Source: Octopus bimaculoides (Eukaryota). From it: a stretch of DNA of 43,203 bases. Position numbers and translations under genes: made by a program. Shown one piece after another: positions 1 to 10,198 of this stretch. The notes below the pieces were generated by a model. That model was given only the letters and a program-made list of their open reading frames with translations. It had not been told where the DNA came from and did no database searches. The first letter of the stretch is position 1, and every line of letters begins with the position of its first letter. The stretch is taken from assembly GCF_001194135.2 (NCBI RefSeq), contig NC_068985.1, positions 45,272,285-45,315,487 of the forward strand, in the 5' to 3' direction.

Positions 1-45
1 TTTTGCATATAATTTTAGGTCATCCATATATAGAAGGTGGCTGAC

Positions 46-116
<71 letters not shown>
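46..116. repeat. (TTA)n/(TAA)n microsatellite forming the 3' tail of the adjacent R4/Dong LINE
   Basis: Perfect tta run abutting the element 3' UTR. Confidence 0.95.
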
Positions 117-119
<3 letters not shown>

Positions 120-752
120 TAGTTTTATTTTTATAACGTGCTTTCGCTTCACTACCGATCGCAGCTCTGTGTGCCTTGTGTACGTGCTGTGGTTTGCTGT
201 GATGCTCTTATGGTTACTGTATTGAAAGTGTTTTGCGTAGGATGTGTGCAGTGCCCAGTAGTGCAATTTTCTGTATGTTATATATATTTGTAAGTCCTGG
301 TGTTTTTGTTATGTATTTGTCTGAATATTTTTTTATCATACTTAATGCGCCCACTATGATAGGAATTATTTCTGTTTTTAGATTCCACATTCGAGTTACC
401 GCTATTTCCAGGTCTTTGTATTTTGAAAGTTTCTCCATTTCTTTTAGAGAAACGTTGTCATCTACTGGTATTGATACATCAATTACATAGCATTTTTTTT
501 TACCTTCATCATCTTTGACAACTATATCTGGTCTATTTCCCTTAATTTCTCTATCTGTGTGTATTGGCATATCCTAGAGTATGGTTGCTTTCTCGTTTTC
601 TGTGACCTTTTCTGGCGTGTGTTTATACCATCTTTTTTCTGTTGTTATTCCATAGTGTTGGCATAGCTTCCAGTGTATATAAGTCCCAGCTCTGTCATAT
701 CTGTGAATATATTCCTTCTTAGCCAGGACTGGGCAGCCAGAGATAATATGAT
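117..752 (-). mobile_element. 5'-truncated R4/Dong-clade non-LTR retrotransposon: end of CCHC, restriction-like endonuclease (RLE) domain and 3' UTR
   Basis: Minus translation NHIISGCPVLAKKEYIHRYD...ATILWDMPIHTDREIKGNRPDIVVKD...CYVIDVSIP...EKLSKYKDL...IIPIIVGAL shows the RLE motifs (RPD...D...K..KY); ends in an (AAT)n tail. Confidence 0.85.
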
Positions 753-788
753 TTTTTTAATTATTATTATTATTGTTATTATTATTAA

Positions 789-1005
789 GGCGGCAGCTGG
801 CAGAATCGTTAGTACGCCGGGCAAAATGCTTAGCGGCAGTTCATCCGTCTGCGCGTTTTGAGTTCAAATTCCGCCGTGGTCGACTTTGCCTTTCTTCCTT
901 TCGAGGTCGATAGAATAAGTACCCGTCAAGCACTGAGGTCGATGTAATCGACTAGCCCCTTCCCCGAAATTTCAGGCTTTGTGCCTATAGTGGAATGAAT
1001 AATAA
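789..1005 (+). mobile_element. tRNA-derived SINE, family A
   Basis: ggcggcagctggcagaatcgttag (A-box-like) ... gagttcaaattcc (B-box-like) ... gtcgat/taagtac module; (ATT)n on both sides; many copies in this window. Confidence 0.8.
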
Positions 1006-1009
1006 TTAT

Positions 1010-1800
1010 TATTATTATTGAGTGAGAGAGCAATGCACTGCATCACCCTTACTGCAGCCCTTATTTGTTCCTCTCAGGATTTTTGCTCACTGTTTTCAGG
1101 GCTCAGACAATTGTTGGTACTACTACCACCTTTTTCAGCGACCACAACTGCTTAACCTCCCAAGCTAACTTTTCTTTCTTCTTTATCGCATACCTTGTTG
1201 TCAGCTGGGCATGCTATATCTATGATCCAGCATCGGTTGCTTTCTTTCTCAATTAACACTATGTCTGATTTCCTATTCTCAATCTTATGGTCGCACTGAA
1301 TCATAAAATCCCATAGGATTTTTGCATTATCATTTTCGATGATACCCTCGGGTTTATGACTCTGCCACTGTTTTGCTCTCTCAAGTCCATTCCTGTTGCA
1401 AAGTGTCCAATGGACAATCCTTTCTATATTGTCAGGACGTCTCTTATATTCTTTCTGGGCTAGTGGCGTGCATTGGCTGGCAATATGCAATACGGTTTCA
1501 CCATTTTGTCCACAAATTCTGCACTTATCACTTTCTGATGTGTTGGTTCTTGGGTAGCACTTAGATGGGGAGCAGGGGTAATCGCATGGACAGTAGACGA
1601 ACTAAACAACTTAGACAGAAAGACAAGGAAGTTGCTGACTAGATATGGGATACTTCACCCAAAAAGTGACACAGATGGACTGTATGTACCAGGAAAAAGA
1701 GAGGGGAGACGACTGATTGGATGCGAACACAGGATTAGAGAAGAAGAAAACATAGCATGGTATATAAAAAATACCACAGAACCGCTATAATTAGAAGGAA
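1010..1800 (-). mobile_element. R4/Dong-clade LINE with 5' inversion (3' part on minus 1010-1558, upstream part on plus 1560-1800)
   Basis: Minus: CRICGQNGETVLHIASQC (CCHC) then RKSDIVLIEK...IIDIACP (RLE). Plus: LRWGAGVIAWTVDELNNLDRKTRKLLTRYGILHPKSDTDGLYVP (post-RT region). Terminal 25 nt match 21335-21360. Confidence 0.75.
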
Positions 1801-3050
1801 GAAGGTCAGCCTTGTTCCTTCTTTTGGGGCTGACAAACCCACCACTCTCCTCACTTGCCGCTTTCGTTCCGCCTTTCTTCGATTCCACCTCTTCCGTATC
1901 CCTGGCGCACTCCATATCACTTTTGCTGTCTCCATCTGTTATTGCTTCAATTGGTACTACAGTCTCCACTTCTTCTTGGTCCCTCTCTACAGCCTTTTCA
2001 TTCTGAGGAGGCTTGTGCTTGGGGCACTGCGTCTTCATGTGGCCTTATTCCACTTTCGTAACAATTTGGTCTGCGTCCCTCAACAATCACTTTGAGGGAA
2101 TTCGCTCCCGGAATCTCTATCTGGTAGGGGATCCTTTTTTTGTCCTTGAAAGTGGCAAAAAGCCACATCTCGACGCCGTATCCCCAACAGTTTAACTTGC
2201 TCTTTTTTTTCCAACTGTCCCTAATTCGGGATTTTTCTTGGTGGAAGCTATAACAGCTGCTACCACCTACTCTGGTTTTGTTTCTGGTGGCACCCTTCAA
2301 ATGCGAATGCATACACTTCAACTGTCCCTATACGTGGGCAACAGCGTTACCTTTTCCCTGTGTAAAATAGTGGTGGAATGAGAGGCCGCCTCTTCTTTGG
2401 TGGCAAGCCTCACATCCACCGCGCCATATTTCTTTCCTCAGCTAACGAAAGTTGTCGTTGTCATAAGGAGTCCCAAACATCTCTCCACGTCATCTTCCAA
2501 TAGGATTTCAATTTTATTGGTGGCGACCGCTTGCGTGCGGTACACCACCGTCCTATCACTCTTATCCTCGTCCATTTCTTCTGGAGGGACTAGCTTTATT
2601 GCGTCTCCCTCTTTTTGTATAAACTGTTCACTTCTTCGTATCTCTTCCATATTCACTTTTATCTGTTTCAGGTCCAAGGGCGGAGCTGCTCCTACTGCAG
2701 CGGCTTTTGCATAGCTCCCTATATTGAAAAACGAACTTTTCAGCCCCACAATGGGGAGAAAACAGCAAAAATAAAACACTCACGTGCGAGTCAGTCAACA
2801 GTAATCTTTAACAATGATACACAACAATTTCAACAACGGACAGTTTCGAAGAGAAAGCCTTCAACATGTAACAACAATCCAAAACCATGGTCCAGAAAGA
2901 CGAAACTCAGAACACAAACAAACAAGTTGCTGGTCAGCAACTCCAGCATCCTCTCAACGATTAGCCGGAGGTGAAATTTAAATTGAGAATATCTGAAATA
3001 AACTCGACTGCTCTTACAAACGAGAATACTAAAAATGAACACGTCTGCTC
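1800..3050 (-). mobile_element. Decayed ORF1 (gag-like, degenerate zinc knuckle) and probable 5' UTR of an L1/Tx1-like LINE
   Basis: Collinear ORF pieces 2438-2779, 1998-2321 and 1655-2038 broken by stops and frameshifts; ...KVIVEGRRPNCYESGIR/H/MKTQCP is a degenerate CX2CX4HX4C knuckle followed by a charged tail. Clade is inferred from architecture; boundaries approximate. Confidence 0.6.
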
Positions 3051-3324
3051 TCAAAAATTGAATACAATAAACGGAAAAATAATCCAGAATCCCTGTCCGT
3101 TTTAAATAAATAGTATGAGACATTTTGGTTTTCTCTTCTCTTAAATTCCGGCCTTCTTTTAGTAATCCTGTTGTTTTAGATCGATGTATAGAATTATGTA
3201 TATATGTCAGTATAATGTAAAGTGTTAATAAGTATGTATAATATATAATATAAGAGAGATAATATATAATATAAGGGAGATAATCAGAGAACGATTTCAA
3301 AGACCTCTTCTAAATTAAAGTAAA

Positions 3325-3540
3325 TATAACGAAAATTATCCAGAATCATTGTCCGGTACCAGATCGATCCTAAAAGCTAATCAGTTCGTGCCAGTCACGA
3401 AGTCAAATATCCCTGAAAGTTTTATCCGAATCCATCCAGCGGTTCTTGAGATATCTTGTCCACGGACAAACAAACAAACGAACAAGATCGAAAACAATAC
3501 CTCTGCCTTCGCTAAGGCGGGGGTAATAAATGAGAAGTTA
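3325..3540 (-). mobile_element. Non-autonomous Helentron-type element (HINE/DINE-1-like)
   Basis: Minus strand reads ttattacccccgccttagcgaaggcagaggtattgttttc...gtttgtttgtttgtcc...ggattcggataaaactttcagg, the typical HINE layout (TT start, subterminal hairpin, (GTTT)n tract). Confidence 0.6.
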
Positions 3541-3626
3541 TAAAATAGGGAATTGGCTGCAACCACAAATTCTAGTGATTGTTGCAATGATATCTCAAGA
3601 ACTGTTATTAAGATACAAATAGTAGG

Positions 3627-3865
3627 CTGCGAGGTGGCAGAATCGTTAGCACGCCGGGTAAATGCTTAACAGCATTTCATTTGCGTTCAAATTCCGCCAT
3701 GATTGACTTTGCATTACATTCTTTCGGGGTCGATGAACTAAGTACCAGTTGGACACCGGGGTCGATGAAATAAGTACCAGTTGGACATCGGAGGTCGATG
3801 AAATCGATTTACTCCCTCCTCCCACCGAACTTGCTGGCCTTGTGCCAAGATTTGAAATCATTATG
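3627..3865 (+). mobile_element. SINE family A with an internal 32-bp duplication
   Basis: gaggtggcagaatcgttagcacgccggg... matches 789-1005; ggggtcgatgaa-taagtaccagttggaca unit repeated. Confidence 0.8.
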
Positions 3866-4489
3866 ACACAGATAGTTTTGGCTGTAATAATAAACCGAAG
3901 GCTTAGTTGTAATGATACTGATTAGAGTCTCAAATAATGTAGCGTATATTGAAATAGTAAATAAATGGCTGTACCGATGCAGTTTAGTTGTGGTTTATTG
4001 AAACAACTCAATCGTTTTTGTAATAAAATATATGGGTGATAAACATGTGTGTATGTTTGATAAGTGAGATGACGTTTAACTCTGCGTACGTATCTTTATT
4101 CAGTTATTCTCATAATACCTATATGCGTTTTACTTCCATTTCTTCATACCCGGCCCACTAGACAGTGAAAAAGACAATTTCGGAGGTGAGTAGCGATATC
4201 ATCAAGAATTAATGTTGCTCCTCATTAAAACTACTTTTGTATTTGTCCAGTCATATGATGGCCATGGTATACGTTGCTATGGAGGATCCTAGGTGAAATA
4301 GACGTGCATACAACTGAGCCATCTTAGTTGATGTTTGCTTTATCTGAATTCACTTCTGTGCGTAATCATTTCTCAGCGTTTAGCCTTCTCTCGCCAGGTG
4401 ATTGAAATGATCTTCTGAGGATCATCAAGATCTTACAATGACGGATGTATATACGCACATAGACATACTTACGCATATGTAAAATTCCT

Positions 4490-4620
4490 AACTGGCAGAA
4501 TCGTAAAAGGATTGCATAGAAAGGCCTGCGTGTTTTATTTCGACTCTTGGCGCTCAGATTTCAAATTCCGCTAGAGTTAAGTTTGCCATTCATCCTTTCG
4601 GAATCGATAAAAACTAAATT
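4490..4620 (+). mobile_element. SINE family A, partial and diverged
   Basis: ctggcagaatcgt...ttcaaattccgc...tcatcctttcgg. Confidence 0.6.
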
Positions 4621-5228
4621 CCAATCTGAGAGAGTTCGAGAAAGATGCCTGCGATGTATGTTCCGACTCTTTGCCTTCTAACAACAATGTCCGCAACGAT
4701 GCATCGGCCCAAATCGGTAGATTTTCCCAAGGATAACCATCATTGTCATGGTGAGAAGAGACTCACATGCATACATAACAACCAGATTTCACAATAAAAT
4801 CTTGTTCAGTCTTGCACATGCATGTGCCGCAGATGGTTTGCCTTCATCGAAGGACGTTCTTCCTTCATGCAGTAAGGAAAACAGACATGATGTTACATTT
4901 TCTTTGATACCACCCATTCGTTAGGCCAGAGTAAATAGCCAAGAGATATGTGGCTGCAAAATAGTCAGATGACACTCTGTAATAAGTAAAGATTTTAAAA
5001 TGGTTGACTTTTATCTTTTCGGTTTTACGCGTTTCCATCTTTATAAATAAACGACAAACTTTTAAGAAACTGTACAGCAGAAAACCTTTTACTCGTTGTG
5101 ATGTCTATTGTTGGGCAATTTCATAATTTTGCAACATGTCATGTCAAAAATTGATTCAATTTTTCCAACAACAGTTTATTATTGTAATTCCTTTAAAGGT
5201 TTTCAGTGTTTAGTCTATTAGTAAACTT

Positions 5229-5285
5229 CTCTCTCTTCCTCTCTCCCTCTTCCTCTCTCCCTCTCCCTTTCTCTCTGTATTTTTG

Positions 5286-5327
<42 letters not shown>

Positions 5328-5383
5328 TGTCTGTCTCTCTCTTCCTGTCTGTCTCTCTCTTCCTGTCTGGCTCTCTCTTCCTA

Positions 5384-5414
<31 letters not shown>

Positions 5415-5505
5415 TCCTGTCTGTCACTCTCTCTTCCTGGCTGTCTCTCTCTCTCTTCCTGTCTGTCCCTCTCTCTCTGTCTCCCTCCGTCTCTCTGTCT
5501 CTCTG

Positions 5506-5537
<32 letters not shown>

Positions 5538-5580
5538 CCTATCTTTCTCTCTCTCTGTCTGCTTCTTTCTCTCTCTCTCT
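5229..5580. repeat. Compound (CT)n microsatellite with recurring tcttcctgtctgtctctc units
   Basis: Direct inspection; explains the SL/ER ORFs at 5206-5618. Confidence 0.9.
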
Positions 5581-6339
5581 TTATATGTGCGTTAGTGTAT
5601 TCTTGCGTGATCTTATAATGTTCTTATTTTCTCTGTTTCATTAATATTCGTCGCTTTTCTAAGACAGTAATGTGTGATTTTTAAGGACAGTTGGATGTTA
5701 TTTCAAGCAGTTCAATGGACCATATAAAAGCCCTTCGTTGTTGGTTGAATTAGCAACTGCGTTGTAAATGTAACACAGATATATCATTCGTCTTTTTCAA
5801 TAGTAGTTTTGTCTATAGTCAGATACAGATGAGATTATATGAGTCATATCATAACCGTTATTAAAGTTAATAGTTAAACAATATTATCACTCACGTTAGC
5901 TATTTTATAAGAGTAACAATAATCCATGTTATCAAGTATGTTGTAAATCATATTATCTGAGCCATTCTACACATCTTTATCAGAGCTATGCTACGCTATA
6001 TTTTCAGAGACATGTTAAAACTTATAATCATTGAAATACTAAACCGTAGTATCAGTCATGTCAAACCATAAAAAAGTTATTCTAAATCCTTTTGTCAGAA
6101 ATATGCTAAATCATGTTACCTGTTCAATCATTTTAAAGAGTTGTTTGAAAAGAAATTTTTCGCGGCTTCCCAATTTAATTTTACATGGTAAATAACATAA
6201 TTGGTGTTACTTGCACACTATAAAAAAATCCATTAACAAAAAGATAATGATGTTTAAGTATTTATTTTAAGTAATTATCAGTTTGGAAAATGATTAACAT
6301 TATTGAGCAAGTAAAATTAATTATATAAGTAGCTAAAAA

Positions 6340-6580
6340 AGGCTGTGCAGTAAGACGTTTGCAGACAAACTACATGGTTCCGAGTTGTTCCACCGTGAGA
6401 TACTAAGTGACTTCAACTATAGTGACTCCAACTATAGCCCCAGGGTGCCCAAAGCCTTGTGAATGAATTTGGTAGACAACAAGTAACAAATTACTTGAAC
6501 CAATTTGTACGACTAAACGCTTCAAGGCGGTGCCTCAGTGTGCCGCAAGGAGTGAAACAAGTAAAAAAGATAAAAAATGA
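6340..6580 (+). mobile_element. SINE family B, degraded
   Basis: ggctgtgcagtaag...catggttcc...aaagccttgtgaatgaatttggtagac...ggcggtgcc...tgaaacaagtaaaa resembles 9793-10198. Confidence 0.6.
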
Positions 6581-7093
6581 AAAAGATACCAAAAAATATA
6601 AACTTTCTGACATCTTAAATTATTTCAACATTTGATGCCTGATATACTTCTATAGAGTCTTGATCTTTTGTCCATTTAATGACCTCTAAATTACCAATTA
6701 AAAGAAATGCTCCAATGTTAATTAACTCTAATAACGACCCATTAGTTATTAGTTCGCTCAACCTATTAGAAATTGTAGTTACACATTTCTTCAAGTTAAA
6801 TCTCATCTGTTTTAGACAAAAGACGAGTAGAACCTGATATACGAAGAATATGGTAGCCAAGACAGAAATGCCTTCGATTTTAGGTTTAATTGATCAGAGC
6901 TAACGTGTTGAGGGTAAAAAAGAATGATAAAAATGTCCTATAAATGGCGACAGAAATCAATATTAATATCAAAAAATATTGGCTGAAAAAATATTAAAAT
7001 AATTTAGAAGTGAAAAAATAAAATTCACTGACTGAAGAACAACGATTGTTGATCCATGTTTTACTGACATTACGGGTAATAGAGAACAGAGTT

Positions 7094-8029
7094 TTATAAA
7101 GGAATCCCTTGTTGATATAAGACTGTTTTTATTGACATTCTCAAGCTGTCTATCGGTTCCTCGAGGCATAACTTTTCGATTTCACGTAGTTTATCATAGA
7201 AATACCTCTTTTCCCGATTCGAATGTTCGTAATTACTGGACAACTTTTCCTTTTCTTTCTGAAGATCCCTAACTGCTTGTTCAAGCTCTGCTTTCTCTCG
7301 TAATAAATCAAATCGAACTTCTTTTTGTTCATCTGCTTCTTGTTCGAAGCTGTAAATGCTGTTAATAATCCCGCAATAAGTTTCGTCAGTCTGTGACAAA
7401 GTATCTACCAAATTGGCCTTAGTTAATATGCACACAGCACTTTGTAGCCTTGAAGGAGGAGGAGAATTAGAACTATGATGAGGAGGTGGAAGAGAAGAAG
7501 TAGTAGGAGAGGTAATAGCTGCTCTTTGTTTGATGTACTTTGGCATTCTCTTGGTTTCTGCTGCTAACCTGCATTCTCCTCCGCGTATTTCCTTGGTATT
7601 TCGATCTTTTGATGCTGTTCGGTTGCAGCACATTTGGCGTAGCTGATTTACGTCGTAAGGTTCGCCACTGTAGTTAGCCTCAAAAAAACCCTTAAACCAT
7701 TGTCCAAAATAGTAGTTGGCTTGGAAGTTTCCCCGCATCATATTTTCCATTGGGAAATTCTTTTCTACACCAACAGCATTGAATGCACTTTGGAGCCGTT
7801 TAAAATTATTATGTCTCGAGCTAACACTTAGATTTTTACCGAACCTAATATCAGAAATTTTAATAGAATTAGGAAAAAGTAAAAACATCCCGAAACATAA
7901 ATCGAATCCGCTGCCAAGATCTTCAATGCGTTCAAGTTGAGGGTTAATGTATTGTTGAAGGAAGTCCATCAATTCCTTTTTACTTGTATTTCGGACATTT
8001 GGTAATACTGTAATAGCTTTCCAAGCCAT
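7094..8029 (-). CDS. Intronless divergent EB1/RP-family (MAPRE-like) microtubule end-binding protein, 311 aa
   Basis: N-terminal CH domain aligns by eye with EB1 (IEDLGSG..C..M..LFP.SI; NFK.LQ.AF...GV.K; G.FQ.N..F.QWFK.FF.ANY.G..YD); S/P-rich linker; coiled coil; EBH motif EKRYFYDKLREIEKLC...I..VLY; uninterrupted ATG-to-TAA ORF. Confidence 0.88.
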   Translation of the reverse strand: MAWKAITVLPNVRNTSKKELMDFLQQYINPQLERIEDLGSGFDLCFGMFLLFPNSIKISDIRFGKNLSVSSRHNNFKRLQSAFNAVGVEKNFPMENMMRGNFQANYYFGQWFKGFFEANYSGEPYDVNQLRQMCCNRTASKDRNTKEIRGGECRLAAETKRMPKYIKQRAAITSPTTSSLPPPHHSSNSPPPSRLQSAVCILTKANLVDTLSQTDETYCGIINSIYSFEQEADEQKEVRFDLLREKAELEQAVRDLQKEKEKLSSNYEHSNREKRYFYDKLREIEKLCLEEPIDSLRMSIKTVLYQQGIPL

Positions 8030-8391
8030 GATAGATGCCTTTTTTTCTTTAATTCGCTTTTTAATTATTTTTCCGAATAGTCAATTTTCGTTCGTTTATT
8101 AGTTCTGTAATTCTGAGGAGTAATTTTCAATTTAGATTTATTTAATATTTTCAATTTTTCAGTTAGTTTCAAATAACAAGCAGCAGGGGCGATATGGATA
8201 ACAAGAAAAGATATATATATCTGGTTTCAGAGAATTATGACAATTTTCTAAGTTTTGCAGCTTACTAACTTTCCAGAAGCGAATTTTCTTGTTCGTGTTA
8301 GACGCTTAGGAAGGCTTAGAAACTATAAGAAAAAATAAAGCCCAAAAAAGCGACATCCCAAGAATGCGTTACTTTCTAACGATCCTTGTTG

Positions 8392-8419
8392 TTACGTCAT
8401 TTACTAGTTTATAACGTCA
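8392..8419 (-). promoter_or_regulatory. Two CRE/ATF-like sites (TGACGTAA, TGACGTTA) about 370 bp upstream of the EB1-like ATG
   Basis: Motif match only; 20-bp spacing. Confidence 0.25.
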
Positions 8420-8569
8420 TAGGAATTCAGCTTGAGTTATCACTTCAATAAACTTCACTCAAACTTCAGTGTAACACTTACTTAGCTTAACAGAAGTTTA
8501 TAAAAGGCAATACTAGTATATTGTGACTCGTGAGTCGTGAAACCTGGTGGTTTCAACTCTATGCATGAG

Positions 8570-8830
8570 TTATTATCGAGGTTGATATTCTTTTTTCACC
8601 TCAGTTCAGTTCTAACTGAGCAGATCTATAATCAAGGACTCCCGGCCATGACAACCTCATCTTCGTTTTATTTTTTTGTTTTTGTTTTTTGTCTTTTAAC
8701 GGGCATTGTTTATGTAGGATTACATTATCCCGTGTGGTTGTAGCGATTGGTGATACTTACACCCAGATTACTCATAATCGAGATAACTGATCAAAGGTGT
8801 TCTAGCTGTGATCATTCCATCTTTTTTATT
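8570..8830. repeat. Interspersed repeat family C (related pieces near 5650-5760, 11140-11200, 30420-30660, 42575-42640)
   Basis: Shared motifs gagcagatctat..tcaagg..tcc.gccatgac and gtgtgattt...g.tg.tatttctag at several loci; boundaries approximate. Confidence 0.45.
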
Positions 8831-9035
8831 AGATAATTCCATGTTTTAATACGAGGAACGTATTAGACAATTGGTAAATGTTCCTACAAACACGTTTATC
8901 CAATCATCAATACAGATTCCATACGGGTTGAACACCATATAGCTATAGCTTGAGTAAATCGAAGAATTTGAAAACCATGGACACGCACACACACATATGC
9001 GCAGCAATACGCATACACAGAAAACAGAGTGCGCG

Positions 9036-9081
<46 letters not shown>

Positions 9082-9559
9082 ACCTCTTCCACGACGTAAT
9101 TGTTACACAATATATCAAAACACTTGCCCAGCAAAGATAATAGCATTTGTATGCCTGAATGTTGTTTGTTTTTATATATATTTTAGTTAAACGGGAAGAA
9201 CAGTGCGCTTGGCCCTGTAAAGGGCAATCAAAAATAGTGGGAAGGAGGAAGGGAGAAAGTGTCCTTAATTTGGTGACCTGCTCCTCGTGCTTACAATAAA
9301 GTGAATGCCAAGTAGTAATGATAAACCCGTTGACAGATTAAGTCTGCCACTTAAGTAGACCACGGTGGGATTCGAACTCAGAATGCAAAGAGCCGAAACA
9401 AATACCACCACGGCATCTGCTCCAACACTATGGTAATTCTACCAGTTCTCTGCCTTAGGTTTGTATTTTATTTCTCGATCCCGGAATAATGAAAGGCAAA
9501 GTTGGTATCGGCGGGATTAGAACACGATATGTAACGGTCCCTATACAATACAGATTTTA

Positions 9560-9790
9560 CAACACATAAATCCAAAACAACAACATTCTTTTTCTTAAAC
9601 AAGCCCTGCTCTGTTTAATATTATCCCGGACCACATCAAAGAAGAAAAAGCTCCCATCACCTTCAAATGAAACCTGGACTACTTCAAGGGATACCAGATA
9701 AGCCATCTATACATGGATACATCTCAGTCAGCAACAGCTTCCTACTTGAATGGACGATGATGTCACAAAACTTAACATAAAATGACTTAA
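9560..9790 (+). mobile_element. Probable 3' end of a CR1-group LINE
   Basis: Degenerate translation PALFNIIPDHIKEEKAPITFK..LDYF..IPDKP...GY...SNS resembles CR1-group ORF2 C-termini (GP.LFN.LP..I...FK..LD.FL..PD.P). Confidence 0.45.
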
Positions 9791-9792
9791 CA

Positions 9793-10198
9793 GGCGCAGG
9801 AGTGGCTGTGTGGTAAGTAGCTTGCTTACCAACCACATGGTTCCGGGTTCAGTCCCACTGCGTGGCACCTTGAGCAAGTGTCTTCTACTATAACCTCGGG
9901 CCGACCAAAGCCTTGTGAGTGGATTTGGTAGACGGAAACTGAAAGAAGCCCGTCATATATATGTATATGTATATATATATATGTGTGTTTGTATGTCTGT
10001 ATTTGTCCCCCCAACATCGCTTGACAACCGATACTGGTGTGTTTGGGTCCCCGTAACTTAGCGGTTCGGCAAAAGAGACCGGTAGAATAAGTACTGGGCT
10101 TACAAAGAATAAGTCCTGGGGTCGATTTGCTCGACTAAAGGCGGTGCTCCAGCATGGCTGCAGTCAAATGACTGAAACAAGTAAAAGAGTAAAAAGAG
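9793..10198 (+). mobile_element. Full-length tRNA-derived CORE-like SINE, family B (Octopus OR-type)
   Basis: ggcgcaggagtggctgtgtggtaag...gggttcagtccc (A/B boxes); ccttgagcaagtg core-like motif; internal (TA/TG)n; tail gtaaaagagtaaaaagag. Confidence 0.85.

Noticed and set aside
8537-8743. 68-aa hydrophobic plus ORF and nearby minus GTAAGT donor at 8755-8760
   Set aside because: Overlaps interspersed repeat family C
9826-10017. Similar small ORFs at 9826, 14421 and 22790 suggesting a gene family
   Set aside because: Antisense readings of SINE-B copies
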